Positions 23,383-36,034 of a DNA stretch of 39,776 nt are shown in pieces. Source of the DNA: Diploschistes diacapsis (Eukaryota); assembly GCA_023645945.1 (NCBI GenBank), contig JALAIB010000053.1:1-39776 (forward strand), in the 5' to 3' direction. The notes under the pieces were generated by a model. It saw only the letters and a list, made by a program, of their open reading frames with translations, was not told where the DNA came from and did not search any database. How positions within the stretch are numbered: position 1 is the stretch's first letter; every line of letters begins with the position of its first letter. The translations under genes and the position numbers were made by a program.

Positions 23383-24771
23383 ATGCCTTCCGCATCCCCC
23401 TCAGCGAATACCAGCACGGAAAGCCAACCCAAAGAGATTCGCGTTGACGCCGACCTACTAATTCCCGGCCGCGGCGATCCAATACAATCTGCATCTCTAA
23501 TCTACAGCCCCAATCCTGCAGCCGGCGGAACAGGCACCATTGTCTGGGCCGGCAAAACGGCCTCCATCCCCCACCAACACACCTCCCTCCCCACCCAAGA
23601 ACATGTCCCCGTCCTCATACCCGGGCTCTGGGACAGCCACGTCCACTACTTCGGCCGCGCGGACCCCAACATTGAGAATCTCGCGCTCCTCCACCTAGCG
23701 CTCGCGGGCGTGCGCTCGGCGCGGGACATCGCCGCGACGCTCAACGCCGGCTATACCTCCGTCCGCGAAGTGGGCGGGAACGGGGCGGAGCTGGCCAAGG
23801 CCGTGAACGAGGGCTGGGTGCCGGGCCCGAACATCTACGCGGCCGTGGCGCCGATCAGCCAGACGGCGGGCCACGGAGACTTGCATACCATGCCGCTCGA
23901 GCTGCTGCGAGATAGGATCAGGCATGGGTTTCCGCTGTGGATTTGCGACGGCGTGGATAACTGCATCAATGCCGTGCGCACGCAGATTCGGCGCGGCGCG
24001 AAGGTTATCAAGGTTCATGCGACGGGTGGAGTGATGAGTCGGATAGATAGCCCCATGGCACCGCAATTCTCGGCGCCGGAGCTGAAGGCCATGGTCGAGG
24101 AGGCTAACAAGGCTGGTTTACTCGTTGCCGCGCACTGCCACGGGAAGGTGGGGATAATGAATGCGCTGCGAGCGGGCGTAAAGACGATTGAGCATGGCAG
24201 CTACTTGGATGAAGAGGCGATCGGCCTGATGAAGGAGAAGGATGCAATGCTGGTTGCGACGCGGACTATACTTGCGGTTGGCCTGACCCATCCCAAGAAC
24301 ATGGCTCCAGAGAGTTATAAGAAGTTGGTCGAGGTTGCCGATGCCCACAAGAAATCATATGCTGCCGCAGTAAAAACGTCCCCTCTGAGTTTGTCCCAAG
24401 CCATTGAGAAGCTGATTGAATCTTAGGTCAAGGCCGGCGTGAAATGTGCACTTGGTACAGATCTCGGAATAAGTTCCGAGGCCTCCGAGTTCAACCACGG
24501 TATGAATGGCCTCGAGCTTGGCTATGCAGTAGACGCCGGAATGACACCTCTTCAGGCCATTGAGGCTGCCACTGCAAACGGACCGTTAACGTTGGGCCTC
24601 CAGGCTCCACTATCGGGACAGCTCAAAGAAGGGTACGACGCAGATTTCATCGCTCTATCTGAGAACCCGTTGGAGGATATCAAAGTCTTAGCAAACCCGC
24701 ACAGGGTAACGCACGTTTGGAAAGCTGGCAAGTTATTCAAGGCTCCTGGCAAGCCCATAAGCTTCTTCTAG
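23383..24771 (+). CDS. Metal-dependent amidohydrolase (Xaa-Pro dipeptidase/carboxypeptidase-like subgroup), 2 exons
   Basis: Intron 24370-24426 joins the two ORFs. Metal-ligand motifs PGLWDSHVH, IKVHATGG, AAHCHG, TIEHG, LGTD, followed by GQLKEGYDADFI. Confidence 0.92.
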
Positions 24772-25033
24772 TTAACGGATGTGTCTAAATTACAGCGACA
24801 AAAATCAAAAGCTGGAGTCAACGCCCTGAGATGTATACTTTCGTCCTGCAAAATTTTTGGGTATAGGGTTTTGTAGTTGTACTTCATGCACGAAGTACTC
24901 ACTCAATCACAGTAGACTGGTGAACAAGTATAGCATGCGAGGACAGTTTGGTGTTCCCAGACCCGGTGACTTAGTAAGATACAATGTTAGCTATCTAGCC
25001 ACCCACTCAAAGACGCCGAGGGGTATATGCTCG

Positions 25034-27260
25034 TCATGAAACAATTACCGAACCCCGACCAGGGATGGCCTCGAAGCCGATCGTGTCGCAGCCCGGATTT
25101 GTGCCATTGGTGATATCATTCAGTACCTCGGGATGGGAGTAAAGTGCCGGGTTGATGAAGCCGACAGGGCTTTTCCCCATATTCAACTGAGCATTGTTGA
25201 TGCGAGTCGCAATTGAGGCACAAATTGGTGTCGAAGCCGAGGCACCCTCCAATAGGGAAAACTCGGTTTTGACGTTCGAGCCTATGTTAACGCCGTTGGC
25301 CGAGGCATCAGGGATGCCATACCAGAGGCGAGTGCAGATGCCGTTTCCGGCTTTTGAAGCGTCGAAACCGCCAAACTGCTTTTTTTGGTACTTTGGTATA
25401 AGGTATATATTCCAAAATCTGGCACTAGAGACGAAGATTTCGCTGGCATTGTTATTGAAGATGACGTACGCTGCGTCTTCAGGGTCTTGAACGCTACAGT
25501 TGGGGCTAATCTGAGTAGCGCCGACGTCTGTAACAGTTAGTGGCTCTTCATGGGTTTTCATGGCGAACCTCACTCGCCACGTATGGGCAACTTGGGATCG
25601 GGAGGATTGAACAAGTTATTATTAGGGCCGATATACCCATTCAGATATTCCGATTCTGTGTAACCGGCAAACCCTGTATCGCCTGGGGCGAAGAGAATTG
25701 AGACAACCTGGAAGCCCAATTATAGGAATTCGTTACATTGTCGTCTCTGATAATTGACCGGAAGATCGACCTCCTGTTCGTCGTACGAAATCGAGATGAC
25801 CTTGGTGGGCTTGTAGGTTCCACATTGTAGCTGCCCTTTGTATCCTCCCGGAGCTACATTTGGGTAACTTGGGATCAAATGTCGGATCATCGCCAGCCTC
25901 TCTCTCCGAAGGCGTTGTAATTGCAATACGAGCCATTAAAGGCATCCGAGACGTCATGGGCGAATCCCTGCGGGAGAGCTAAGTTTGTGCTATAATTTAT
26001 GTCGTCGACTTGGTAGAGCACGATTTCTGTTGGATACACGATCCGGTACGCCAGTTGCAAGTGTAGTTCTGGTTCTCCACTTGCCTCTGTAATGGATACT
26101 GGAGCCTCTCCGCCATCAATTGAATTAAGCGTTGGATGGGTGCCAAGCGGAATGTGAGGGCGTAAAGTTGGCTAAAAAATCAACGATGAAAGTATCAGCC
26201 CATAGCGATGTATAAATACAATTAATTACTTACTGAGGTCTTCCTGCGCACTGAACTGACACTCTCAGAGATCCCTAAAGAGTTGTTGGGATTTGTGTCA
26301 TTGGCAGGCTCAGAAAAGCCATATAGCGCGGCTATACACGCCGGTGTCATGAGGTTGTCGCAGTTGCTCAAATTTGCCGATGCAGTTGGGATTTGATTAA
26401 ACGGATAGGGTATGTTGAATCCGCCTCCGAAACGTCTGCGCCCGGCCGTCAAGCTACGGGTTCGCTCGGTTCGCTTGCGGATGATGCAACCTGGTCTGAT
26501 TCTAGGAATAACATAGTCTATGTGTTTCGCAACGGAGGCTGATAGATGATATTCATCGCAACCCACCGCCCATTTACCGTTCTGATTATGCTCGAGCTCA
26601 TAGAACTTTGTCTGAAGTAGTTACTCTGCCTCTGCAGCCTTAGAATAGAGTGGAGCCAGCCTCGATTTACCGAATGCGTAATATGATCTGGGGAGATGCC
26701 AGCTTCACTCAGCCATGTCCGCACAGTGTTCAGGGTCTCTTCGCGGAGGGCCAAGGATTCCATGAACCTGTTTTCTACGGTCCAATGTTGACAGTAATTG
26801 GAAGATATGAGACCAGACTTAAGTGACGCTGTTAGGCGTTATGCTTGAGAAGAACATAGTACTTGTGAGAAGTTGACAAACTTGGGCCACCGCATCACAA
26901 TAGGCCTGATAGCCTCCCAGCACCTCACGTATACTCCTGTTATGTGCAGGAGCATTTCAACCATACGGTCACGCCGAGATCATGAAGGCAGAGCGTTCCA
27001 GAGGGAATTCAGGAGCTGCCGCTACAAATGCAAACTTACACATCCATAAAATAGTCATAGCCGTTGTGGAGGTTCTGCTGCTTCAGCACAGTCTTCATAG
27101 GCAATAGTGCACGTAGCGCAACTGGCCCTCTCTTGCCCCATGCTCGTAAAGGTGTCTCATGCTTTTCGTGGACAACATAGCCGGACCGTAATGGTTTCGC
27201 GTAGACCAAAGAGGCGACAGTGACAACAGCCGCTAGAATACTGGCCCAACGAAAGAAGAC
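25034..27260 (-). pseudogene. S53 sedolisin (aorsin/tripeptidyl-peptidase-like) pseudogene
   Basis: Remnants in order: signal + YVVHEK..LPMKTVLKQQNLHNGYDYFMDV, HSVNRGWL, HIDYVIP, MTPACIAALY, GEPELHLQLAY..YQVDD, CGTYKPTKVISISY, QCNEF, GASASTP, PVGFINPALY..LNDITNGTNPGC. Multiple frameshifts and stops, no in-frame ATG found, catalytic Asp appears as His. Confidence 0.9.
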
Positions 27261-28425
27261 TGGCCATCGAGACCCCTGATAGCCACTACCGAAGCCACGA
27301 TGCGCGGCATGACAACAGTTTTTATAGCCCTAACCATCTCAAGGCCACGACAAGCTATCGAAGGAAATTCTTGTTTTCGCGCGCAGCAGCCAGGCATGTC
27401 CTTCCAGCCTCGAGTTCAATAGCGTGATCTCCACACCAAATCGAATGGAGAGTTGTCTATTCGCTTCACACTGACAAGACAAGGCGGCCTCGGTATTGGG
27501 TCAAAGCCTAGTGGAACCGTTTGTACAAAGTTCGGTGTCCGATAGGAACGAGTCCGTTAACATTGGAACGCTGCAGAAAGTATATCTTTGGCTGCTTAGC
27601 CAGACTGCTCACACTGGAAGGTATTTGCTTGTGAGGGAGTAGATTCACATACACTGCCGTGACTCCAGTAGCAAGAACACGTACTTCATAAATCATCACA
27701 TGGTGGATATGAGGCGAGTCAATCATAGACCCGAACTACAAGTGAAGTCCATACAGGTAGTGCACACTTTTGTATAATCCTTTATACGAAGCTCCAGAGT
27801 TCTCCGTGAGACTGGTAGGATAGTGGTAAAGGCCGCTCCTGATTCACAAACAAACTAAAAGACGCTGACATGAACAGATATGGAAGATCATTTTCTGGAG
27901 CTTATTTGACTCAGGAGCATTACCTGCTCTGCTCACTCTCCATACAAATACTGTAGGGCTGACAGTTATTTTGCGTACACGTTAAGTTAGGCCCCATATA
28001 TCATTTGATAGCGCAGACAAGCCATATACTTTATTAGAGCTTAATGTGTCGCTTTTCAGGCTATTTAAAGTATTAATACCTAAATAACTTTTTTGTGACA
28101 TTGTAAGCTGTGGCTCGTATATATAATGCATACAAATTACTATGGGAACTAGATATCAGCTAGACTGCTTGGTGAGCGCAGCAGGTAGTGCTCCCGAGAC
28201 AACCGGTCCTTGTGTAAACCGGGGATCAAACGGTTGTGAGAGGGCATATTAACTTTTGTAAATTACCATAAATGCCTACACTACCGCAGCAGACGACTGT
28301 AGATTCACTTCGTAGGTCAGTTCTTGCCAGATAGATTCCTAGCATCTGCCCGCCCGTGACTTCTGCCCACCGAATGTCGGAGCGGGATCCAGATGCTTTC
28401 CCGCCTCCGCTTGGTTTCACCACCT

Positions 28426-28488
28426 CGGATTCCGATTCCGATTCCGATTCCTCACATCCCAACTTCACCTACCTATATATATATATAT
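28426..28488. repeat. Microsatellites (GATTCC)x4 and (TA)n upstream of the P450
   Basis: GGATTCCGATTCCGATTCCGATTCC followed by TATATATATATATAT about 70 bp before the P450 ATG; the TA run may double as a TATA element. Confidence 0.8.
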
Positions 28489-28553
28489 GTACGGTAAGGA
28501 ACTATTAAGGAAGTGTGTTCTCCTACAACTTGAAGCAGAGCTTTCAAGTCGCA

Positions 28554-30159
28554 ATGGCAGTTGCGCAAATCTGGCAAAGGCTTCCTGCCCTGGCCGAGTT
28601 TACCCTTCGTGATCTTGTTTTGCGCCTGGTGCTGCTCTTAATTTCCTGGCAGGTGCTGAGCTCTCTTGCATTCGCCGTTTACAATCTCTATCTTCACCCA
28701 CTTCGTTCTTTCCCTGGCCCAAGACTTTGGGTTGCGTTTCCGATTATAAGAATTTATTATCTTATGCGCGGCAAGCTTGACTACAAGCTCCGCGACCTCC
28801 ATGAGCAATACGGCGATGTTGTTCGTTCAGCCCCCCAGATCCTTAGCTTCACAGCAGCCAGCGCTTGGAAGGACATATACGGCTATGGCCACCGCGAGCT
28901 ACCAAAAGGGATCGTACAAGGCTCGGGCTTTGACGAAGATCAGCTCATCGCAGCACCCGGCGCGAGCCATGCACGGATGAGGCGTGCAATGGGGCCGGCC
29001 TTTTCGGACAAAGCTCTAGGGCAACAGGAAGCTGTCATAATGGAGTACGTCGATCTTCTCGTCCAGAGGCTGCACGAGACATCGCGGTCCGGCAAACCAA
29101 CGGATATGGTTCAGTGGTACAACTTCACAACTTTCGATGCCATCGCGGATCTTGCTTACGGAAAATCGCTTGGGGGTCTGTCCGAGGGCACTACCAATGA
29201 ATGGATCAAGAATATCCGCCGCTTATTCCAAGTCTTCCCACTCATACTTATCGCCATGCAATTTCCGTTGCTAAGCATTATCCTGAAAATCCATGCCGGT
29301 TCGAAGATACGCAACGCTCAGGCCTCACACAAAAAATACTGTACCGAGATGACCATGGAGCGGATCCACCGAAAGGGCCAGCCCGATCGTGGCGACTTCA
29401 TGGACTACATGATGCGCTCACAGGATGAGAAGAGTCGCATGTCGCAGACCGAGCTCGTAGCGAACTCGGACCTGCTGATGATTGCAGGTTCGGAGACGAC
29501 TGCGACGCTGCTAAGCGGTATAACATTTTGGCTACTGAAGACGCCAGGGGCGCTCAAACGCGTTGTCGAAGAAGTTCGTTCTGAATTCGAAAGCGATGCC
29601 GACATCACCTTTCGGACGGCGACCGACAAGCTGCCTTACATGCTAGCCTGCCTTGATGAATGCTTGCGCATCTACCCACCTGTCCCATCCGCATTCGTAC
29701 GCCACTGCCCACCTGGAGCTCCAACACCCATTTGCGGGTTGCAAGTCCCGGCAGGAGTAAGTGATATGCCCCAAAAATCAGAGCGACTGACAACGATCCG
29801 CTAATACTTTTGATCAGACCCGTGTCAGCGTACAACAATTTGCAGCCTACCACCTCGAGCGCAACTTTCACCGTGCGGAAGAGTTCATCCCGGAGCGGTG
29901 GCTACCGGAGTCCACAGAGGACCCAGCTTCGCCCTTTTACAATGACCAGCGTGCTGTCCACAAGCCGTTTTCGTATGGGCCACGGGACTGCATCGGACGC
30001 ATTCTCGCATACCATGAGATGCGTCTTGTCCTTGCCAAGGTGCTGTGGAACTTTGACATGGAACTCGCCGAAGACAGCCGCGACTGGAACCAGCAACGCA
30101 TTATCGTGTCTTGGGAAAAGCCGCCGTTAAAGGTCACTCTGAAGCCAAGGAATGTATGA
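28554..30159 (+). CDS. Cytochrome P450 monooxygenase (resembles CYP65/Tri11-like secondary-metabolism P450s), 2 exons
   Basis: Intron 29757-29817. N-terminal TM + HPLRSFPGP, I-helix AGSETTAT, ExxR (ECLR), PERW and heme motif FSYGPRDCIG. Confidence 0.95.
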
Positions 30160-30969
30160 TGCTGATATCGAAGAAGGAGTAGTTGGTTCGGTACAAAGGC
30201 ATGGCTTTGTTGCTCGCCATTTAGCGGACATTCGTGAGATGTAGAAAATAAACCCTGCTTTCCAACGTCTTCTTGGGTTCATAGGGAATTATAACCTACC
30301 TGCGGGATCCAAACCATTCATTGTGTACTAAGCATCGTAGATAGCTGAGATACCTTCAATCCCTTAGCCCAAATGCCACCTCCGTAGGTATTACCTGATA
30401 TAATGGCTCATGATATTACAGACATTGGGAGTGTTTCCAATTTTTCGGGGACATGCGACGCCAAGATTTTCAGCCCACTGCTTACCACCTTGACTTCTAG
30501 CTGCAGCCTGATCCAGCCCTAGTTATCACTATCTACACATGAGTAACTACCTGCTAACATCTGCTAGATCAAGCTGCACAACTGCCCGCGTCATGCAGTA
30601 TATATGTCCGGACGACCTCGAGGTTGAAAATGCGCAACTACTATGCTTTTTAAATGGGGAATCGCCTGTAGACTCGCAATAGTCTCCATATAAACGACAG
30701 ACAAGCGGCTCTGGATGCCTTCTACTCCATCATTCCTTATCACACGACTGCCACCAGCATCCCGTTCTCCATGTTTGGAACATTAGATCTCATCACAACG
30801 GAGCACTGTATTGAGTTCTAAGAAATACATTGACTATTCTAAGCTCTTGACTCAATCTCGGCCAGCACCGGGCCGTTACTCTTCCCACAACGTTGCTATA
30901 TAAGCCTTGGTTATGCTTGCATTCAAGCGGTTGGAACCCTGATCGACATCGTCGTAATAGATTCTCGAA

Positions 30970-31833
30970 ATGCTCGAGGAGACTTCGTTGCTGGATCTAC
31001 CATATGAGATCCGCTATCAAATCTATGAACAGCTCCTTGGAGCCAGGGGTGAAATTCGTGTTGGGCGCATCAAGGCTGATGTTGTGGAGCCGGGGTGCGA
31101 CGAAGCAGTAAAGAGGTCATTGGGCTTGCTGTTCGCCTGCAAACCTCTCTATAACGAGTTCAGCCGGTTTCTCTACTCTCATACGATTTTCGATCTGGAG
31201 GACGCCGCAGATGGAATAGTCCAGTTCCTTCAACAGACCCCACCTCATCTATTAGCTTCTATTCGCTGCGTAAATTATAATCACTGCGATACGATCCCCT
31301 TAACAGACAAGTTCCCCTCGAAGCTCAAGCAGTTGATGCAGAAGGCAGACCAGGATGACGTGCGGAAATGCGCGGCGAATTTTAAGACAATATTTCAGCT
31401 CATTACGGAGAAACTCACAGGTTCCGAACTACTCCCCGATTCGACCAGAAAGGTGCTTACGCTCCCAGGTCTTGAAGCCCTCATCATTCGACTATCAATC
31501 TACAGCAACGTCTATCATGGAGACTGGAGTTACTTCCATCAATGCCAGCACGACCCAGTTCCCTATGTGGAAACTTTGTGTCAAGTTCGCACGCTTGACA
31601 TACCTTACGTGAGCCTTAAACTATTCACCGTCTGTTCAAGGCTGCGGAGGAATACTATCCGGGGGTTAGCTTGCTTGGGATTCACGATTTGCGGTGTTTC
31701 TGGGCGAGCGGAATGGCTTGAAGACATGATGAAGGGGAACAAGAGGATGACTTGGAGCTACTTGCGACCTCTGATGGAATTGAAGGCGCGCGATGACGAG
31801 GACGAATACCTCTTTTGTCTTGGACGATGCTGA
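30970..31833 (+). CDS. Hypothetical protein with N-terminal F-box-like motif
   Basis: SLLDLPYEIRYQIYEQLL..LLFACKPLYNE..LYS..IFD pattern. Probable in-frame 48-nt intron at 31421-31468. Confidence 0.75.
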   Translation: MLEETSLLDLPYEIRYQIYEQLLGARGEIRVGRIKADVVEPGCDEAVKRSLGLLFACKPLYNEFSRFLYSHTIFDLEDAADGIVQFLQQTPPHLLASIRCVNYNHCDTIPLTDKFPSKLKQLMQKADQDDVRKCAANFKTIFQLITEKLTGSELLPDSTRKVLTLPGLEALIIRLSIYSNVYHGDWSYFHQCQHDPVPYVETLCQVRTLDIPYVSLKLFTVCSRLRRNTIRGLACLGFTICGVSGRAEWLEDMMKGNKRMTWSYLRPLMELKARDDEDEYLFCLGRC

Positions 31834-32264
31834 GGCCTCAAGACACGAGAGCCACAGAGCACAGAGCGCCAGGAAGTCTGAAAGATCCTTGGAAGACTCA
31901 ACAGATCATTTTATTGTATATGCGATCCGTGAGATGGTATTTGAAGTTTGCAGAGTTTACTGCGATTTACCTACAATATGCGCCACGACTTCGTCCCGGG
32001 CCTGGCGAGGCATTTGGGCGAACTTGTTATAGCTCATGGTGGGGTTAGTTATCGACTGTGCTGAGATGACAAACAAGGCCTCCACAGCGCGTTGAATTTG
32101 GTGACCCGGCCAGGTATACTGTCAAAACAGCTCTAATGTGAACCAAAGAAAACTTTAGGCCCTCCCAAAATCCCCAGATTGCAATACCTTGCACCTCGCA
32201 GATATCAGTTTGGATGCTGGGCAAATGATCGATCGGCTAGCACTTTACAAACACCCGTACGTCT

Positions 32265-33488
32265 TTACTTCTTCTTGCCCTCATCCGACAGAACCCTCTC
32301 CGACGACCTCTTCATTCCGCTCGGCCCATGCTCCCTCCCCCACCTCATCACCTTGCGATCCATGTCCCACCTAACAAAAACCATAACCAGCGCCATAATC
32401 CACGCAACAACCGTATCCATCAGCCCCACCCAGAACCAGTTCCGCAGGCTCCCTCCCAGCACGGTCCCCATCACAAGCCTCGTCAGCCACGTCGTCGTCA
32501 CCAGCTCGTCGCCGCGCTCCAGCCCCGCGATGCTGGCCCGCGCACACTCGTCCGCCGTCTGGCCCGAATCGTCCTCCTCGAGCTTCTTCGTCAGGTCGGA
32601 CTTGAGCCTGCTTTCGGCCTCGTAGGACTCCGTGAAGATGGTCGCCGGGAAGACGGTGTGCAGGCGGACAGCGGGCCTGTGCGGATAGGCGGCCTCGTAG
32701 AGCTTCGTTTCCTGGGAGAGCGTGTCGGAGAGGGAGCGGAGGGCGGCTTTGGAGGGGCTGTAGGGCGCGTAGCCGGCGATGGTGTAGAGGCCGAGGAAGG
32801 AGGAGGTGAAGATCAGGTGCCGGGGTTCCGGGGGCGCAGGCTTGGAATGTTGGGCGGTGGGGGCCGCAGGCCTGTCGTCGTCGGCGGGCTTCAGCCAAGC
32901 TCGAAGTGCTGCGTGCGCTACGTACGCGGAGGAGAAGTAGTTGGAGTCCATCTGCGCCGGGATCTGCTCGACGGGGGTGTCGATGAACAGGGTTGGGTGC
33001 GAGCTGCCGGCGCAGCACCAGACGATGTCGGGAGGGGCGCCGTCGTTGAGCGCGGTCGCTTCTGCAATCACGCGGGCGCATTCGGAGGCGGACACGAGGT
33101 CGGCGCTGATGTAGTGGAAGCGCTGGGTTTTGGCGGACGAGGCGCCTTGCTGGGGGACATTAGTTGGCATGACACAGTGGCTTGTAACGCGATGGGGTAG
33201 AACAGGAGGTGCAAGAAAGGAGAGTGTCACGCGGAGAGAGTAAAAAATAATACCGAGATATAGTCCCTCGCTTCCCGCAACGGCTCCACGCTGCGCGCCA
33301 CAATTGTCACGTTCGCGCCTTTCTCCGCCAATTGCCGCCCCACGCTCCGGCCCATGCCCTTGGAGCCGCCTGTGATGAGAACCGTCTGGACGTGGAGTCA
33401 GCTGTCGAGCTTACCCACACGGAACGGGTCCCAAAAGGATGGTGCTTACCCTGCCATTGACGGGGAACCGATTCCTGCCGAACATCAT
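32265..33488 (-). CDS. TSC10: 3-ketodihydrosphingosine reductase, 3 exons
   Basis: Exons 33488-33450, 33385-33254 and 33149-32265. RFPVNGRTVLITGGSKGMG, RFHYISADL, PDIVWCCAG, GYAPYSPSK (YxxxK), VFPATI, C-terminal TM segment. Confidence 0.92.
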
Positions 33489-33950
33489 TGCGAGAAGTTG
33501 CAGGGCGTGCTGCACGGCTTTGCTAGGTTTTAAGCAGTTTCCTCCTAGCGGGTGCTGTACCTTCGGGGGGTACGCTGGGTATTACGGAAAAAGGGTAGAA
33601 ATCAATTCCGGCTCGACGTTCCTTAGTCTACGCGCAGTGTGACATGGGGACTGGGACGGAGTCTTGGTTACTTAACTTTTAAAGTGTGAAGTGATTTCTC
33701 GATCTGCCAGGTATTCATGCTGTATGCGGTTGAAAGGCTTCAGATTGTAGGGCTGCAGCTGGCCTTGGTCTTTGGAATTTGGAATGGAGATTGAAAAAAA
33801 GCCCCTGAACCGAAAACATCGGCGCAAGTATCCGGCCGGTAGGGCTGATTGAGCGGGAGGGGCCGTGCATATCTTCAAAGTCTAGAACTCATCTAAAATA
33901 TTCGTTTCTAGTTTTTTCTTCTACAAAATCGCCCCTTCAAGCCGAGAACA

Positions 33951-35003
33951 TCACAGCTTTTGTTCGTCGTCTTTCAGATCGAGTATCTCAAGCGTCTTCT
34001 CCCAGAGCCTCTGTTCCTTCGCCTCGTCATAGGCGTAGTCTTTGTACCCATAGGATCCCCCTTCCGGGGTAGCGGGTCCAGCTTCGTCGCAATTGTCTAA
34101 GTAACGGCCACCTCTGCCTTCCCACTCCTTGGCCACAGCAGCAAGAATAGTCGTTGCGGCGCCCTGCTCTTGGCTCTTGATAACGCGGATGATATTTGGA
34201 TCTTTGCTTAGGGCCTCGATTCTCTCTTTCGAAAAATGAATTTGCAGGCCAGTCGCAATGCCTCCGGGCATGAGCGATGTCGAGTGGAGACCTTGTGGCC
34301 CGTACTTACGGTCGACTACGTTGGACATGTATATCTGAGCCAGTTTGCTTTGACCATAAGCACCGAACGGCGTGTACGCGCCTTCGCCGTCAAAGTTGAT
34401 GTCTTCGAACTGGACCTGCCCGGCGTGATGGCCGCTCGACGACACGTTAACAAGCCGAGAATTGAACTCGGGTGTCGAACTCTTCAGCATCGTCTCGCGC
34501 AATAGCCAGAAGAGCAGAAAGTGACCGAGGTAGTTTGTTGCAAATTGCAGCTCGAATCCATCAGGTGATAGCTCGCGGGTAGGGTTAGCCATGATTCCCG
34601 CATTGCAGATCAAGACGTTCAGCTTCTGTGAGCGCTGCAAGAAGGTTTCGGCGCACTTGCGGACGCTAGCGAGTGAGCTAGTATCAATCTCCAGCAGCTC
34701 GACGCGGCCGGGTTCCAGAAAAGCCTTGCAGGCGGCCTCACCCTTGGCGAGATCACGAACACCGAGGAAAAGACGGGCGCCTGTTGCGGCAAGGGCGCGG
34801 GCTGTCTCGACGCCAATACCAGAGGAGCAGCCTGTGATGAGGAAGGTCTGTTGATCAGCGAGTATACTTAGGACTGTCTTGAAACTAACTTTATCTTTCA
34901 TTGCTCCCACGAGATTCTCATCTTCGATGATCTGCAGGCCAGTAGGCCGGGCATCGCCTGGACCCTTGGTGTCCTTGTGGGCTTCGGTGTACCGGTTAGG
35001 CAT
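33951..35003 (-). CDS. Short-chain dehydrogenase/reductase (WWOX/retinol dehydrogenase-like)
   Basis: Likely start MPNRY at 35003, in-frame intron about 34888-34847. GPGDARPT, TGCSSGIG, CNAGIM, FELQFATNYLGHF, AYGQSK. Confidence 0.92.
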   Translation of the reverse strand: MPNRYTEAHKDTKGPGDARPTGLQIIEDENLVGAMKDKVSFKTVLSILADQQTFLITGCSSGIGVETARALAATGARLFLGVRDLAKGEAACKAFLEPGRVELLEIDTSSLASVRKCAETFLQRSQKLNVLICNAGIMANPTRELSPDGFELQFATNYLGHFLLFWLLRETMLKSSTPEFNSRLVNVSSSGHHAGQVQFEDINFDGEGAYTPFGAYGQSKLAQIYMSNVVDRKYGPQGLHSTSLMPGGIATGLQIHFSKERIEALSKDPNIIRVIKSQEQGAATTILAAVAKEWEGRGGRYLDNCDEAGPATPEGGSYGYKDYAYDEAKEQRLWEKTLEILDLKDDEQKL

Positions 35004-36034
35004 CTTAGCGGAAACTGTGAAATGTCGAGTATGTTCGTGAAGGCGCTGAGCGTAGTCTACACGTCTTCTTGATTGAATAGCCTTGAGATTGTAATGGAAC
35101 GGTTCTGTAATGATTCGGCGGCTACCAAGTAGCGTGACTTTGGTGAAGGATGAGCGCACAGGTGTGAACATAAGAGGAAAATATCCACCATCAAGGGGAA
35201 TGATGTCTTGACTTTATACATGCAATCTCTGTCTGCCTGATCCAGGGCCCGGTAGCATACGAATTCCTAGGTTCAAAGTATACCATCAATTCCCAAATAG
35301 GGGCATCGAAGTTAGTAAGCGAGTAATGAAAAGGCTGCATAACTATAGAATAACTCATGGATAACAAAGCATAAAGTTCCTAATACATGTTTATCCCTGA
35401 ATCCATAAACTTTTATGAATGAGCATTGTGCTTTATGCACTGAATGAAGCGGGATAACTTTATGAAATGCGTTACCAACGGATCGGGAGACGAAAGTAGT
35501 AGAAGTAAGGATAATAATAAGCTTAAAAAAGCCGAATCAACGCCCAGCACATGAACACTTGCTGGCTGATTTCTCATCAACGTTTTAATCTGCCACACCC
35601 AGCCCTTCATTCCATCAATCATCTTCGACCACGGCAGAGACCACGCAAGTCTATGCACAGTCAGGTTACTCAACAGCCATGCACGACAACATCGCAAATG
35701 GTCTGGACCGGCAGTATAGAAAGAAGTAAGCGGGATTGTGGATTAGGATCTGGGAGAGACTAACCCGACCGCCCAGACTTGGGACAGAGGGTAATGAGGC
35801 GGTCGCCAAGCGGAACGGGAGCTTTAGTTAGGCCTCTTTAAGACTCTTTTAATAGAGGAGACGAGATGGGTGTAGAATGGAGCCTTGGTTGCAACTTGCA
35901 CATAACATACGGACTGACCCTTGTGGGGGAGCTTGGTGTCAGCTCGCGCACTCTGTTTGCCTCTGGATTTTTTCAACACATCCTCTACCTCCTCCCGTCG
36001 TTTCTATCGTTTGTATTTGCATCTGCCCGCAATC

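Noticed and set aside
27950..28160. Moderately AT-rich intergenic patch
   Set aside because: Too short and weak to call a RIP or transposon relic; no termini seen.
32328..33200. 290-aa plus-strand ORF and 236-aa alternate-frame ORF
   Set aside because: Explained by high GC3 in TSC10 suppressing stop codons in other frames.
35004..35171. N-terminal extension of the SDR ORF resembling a mitochondrial presequence
   Set aside because: The family-like sequence begins at MPNRY (35003). Use of the upstream ATG cannot be supported without transcript data.
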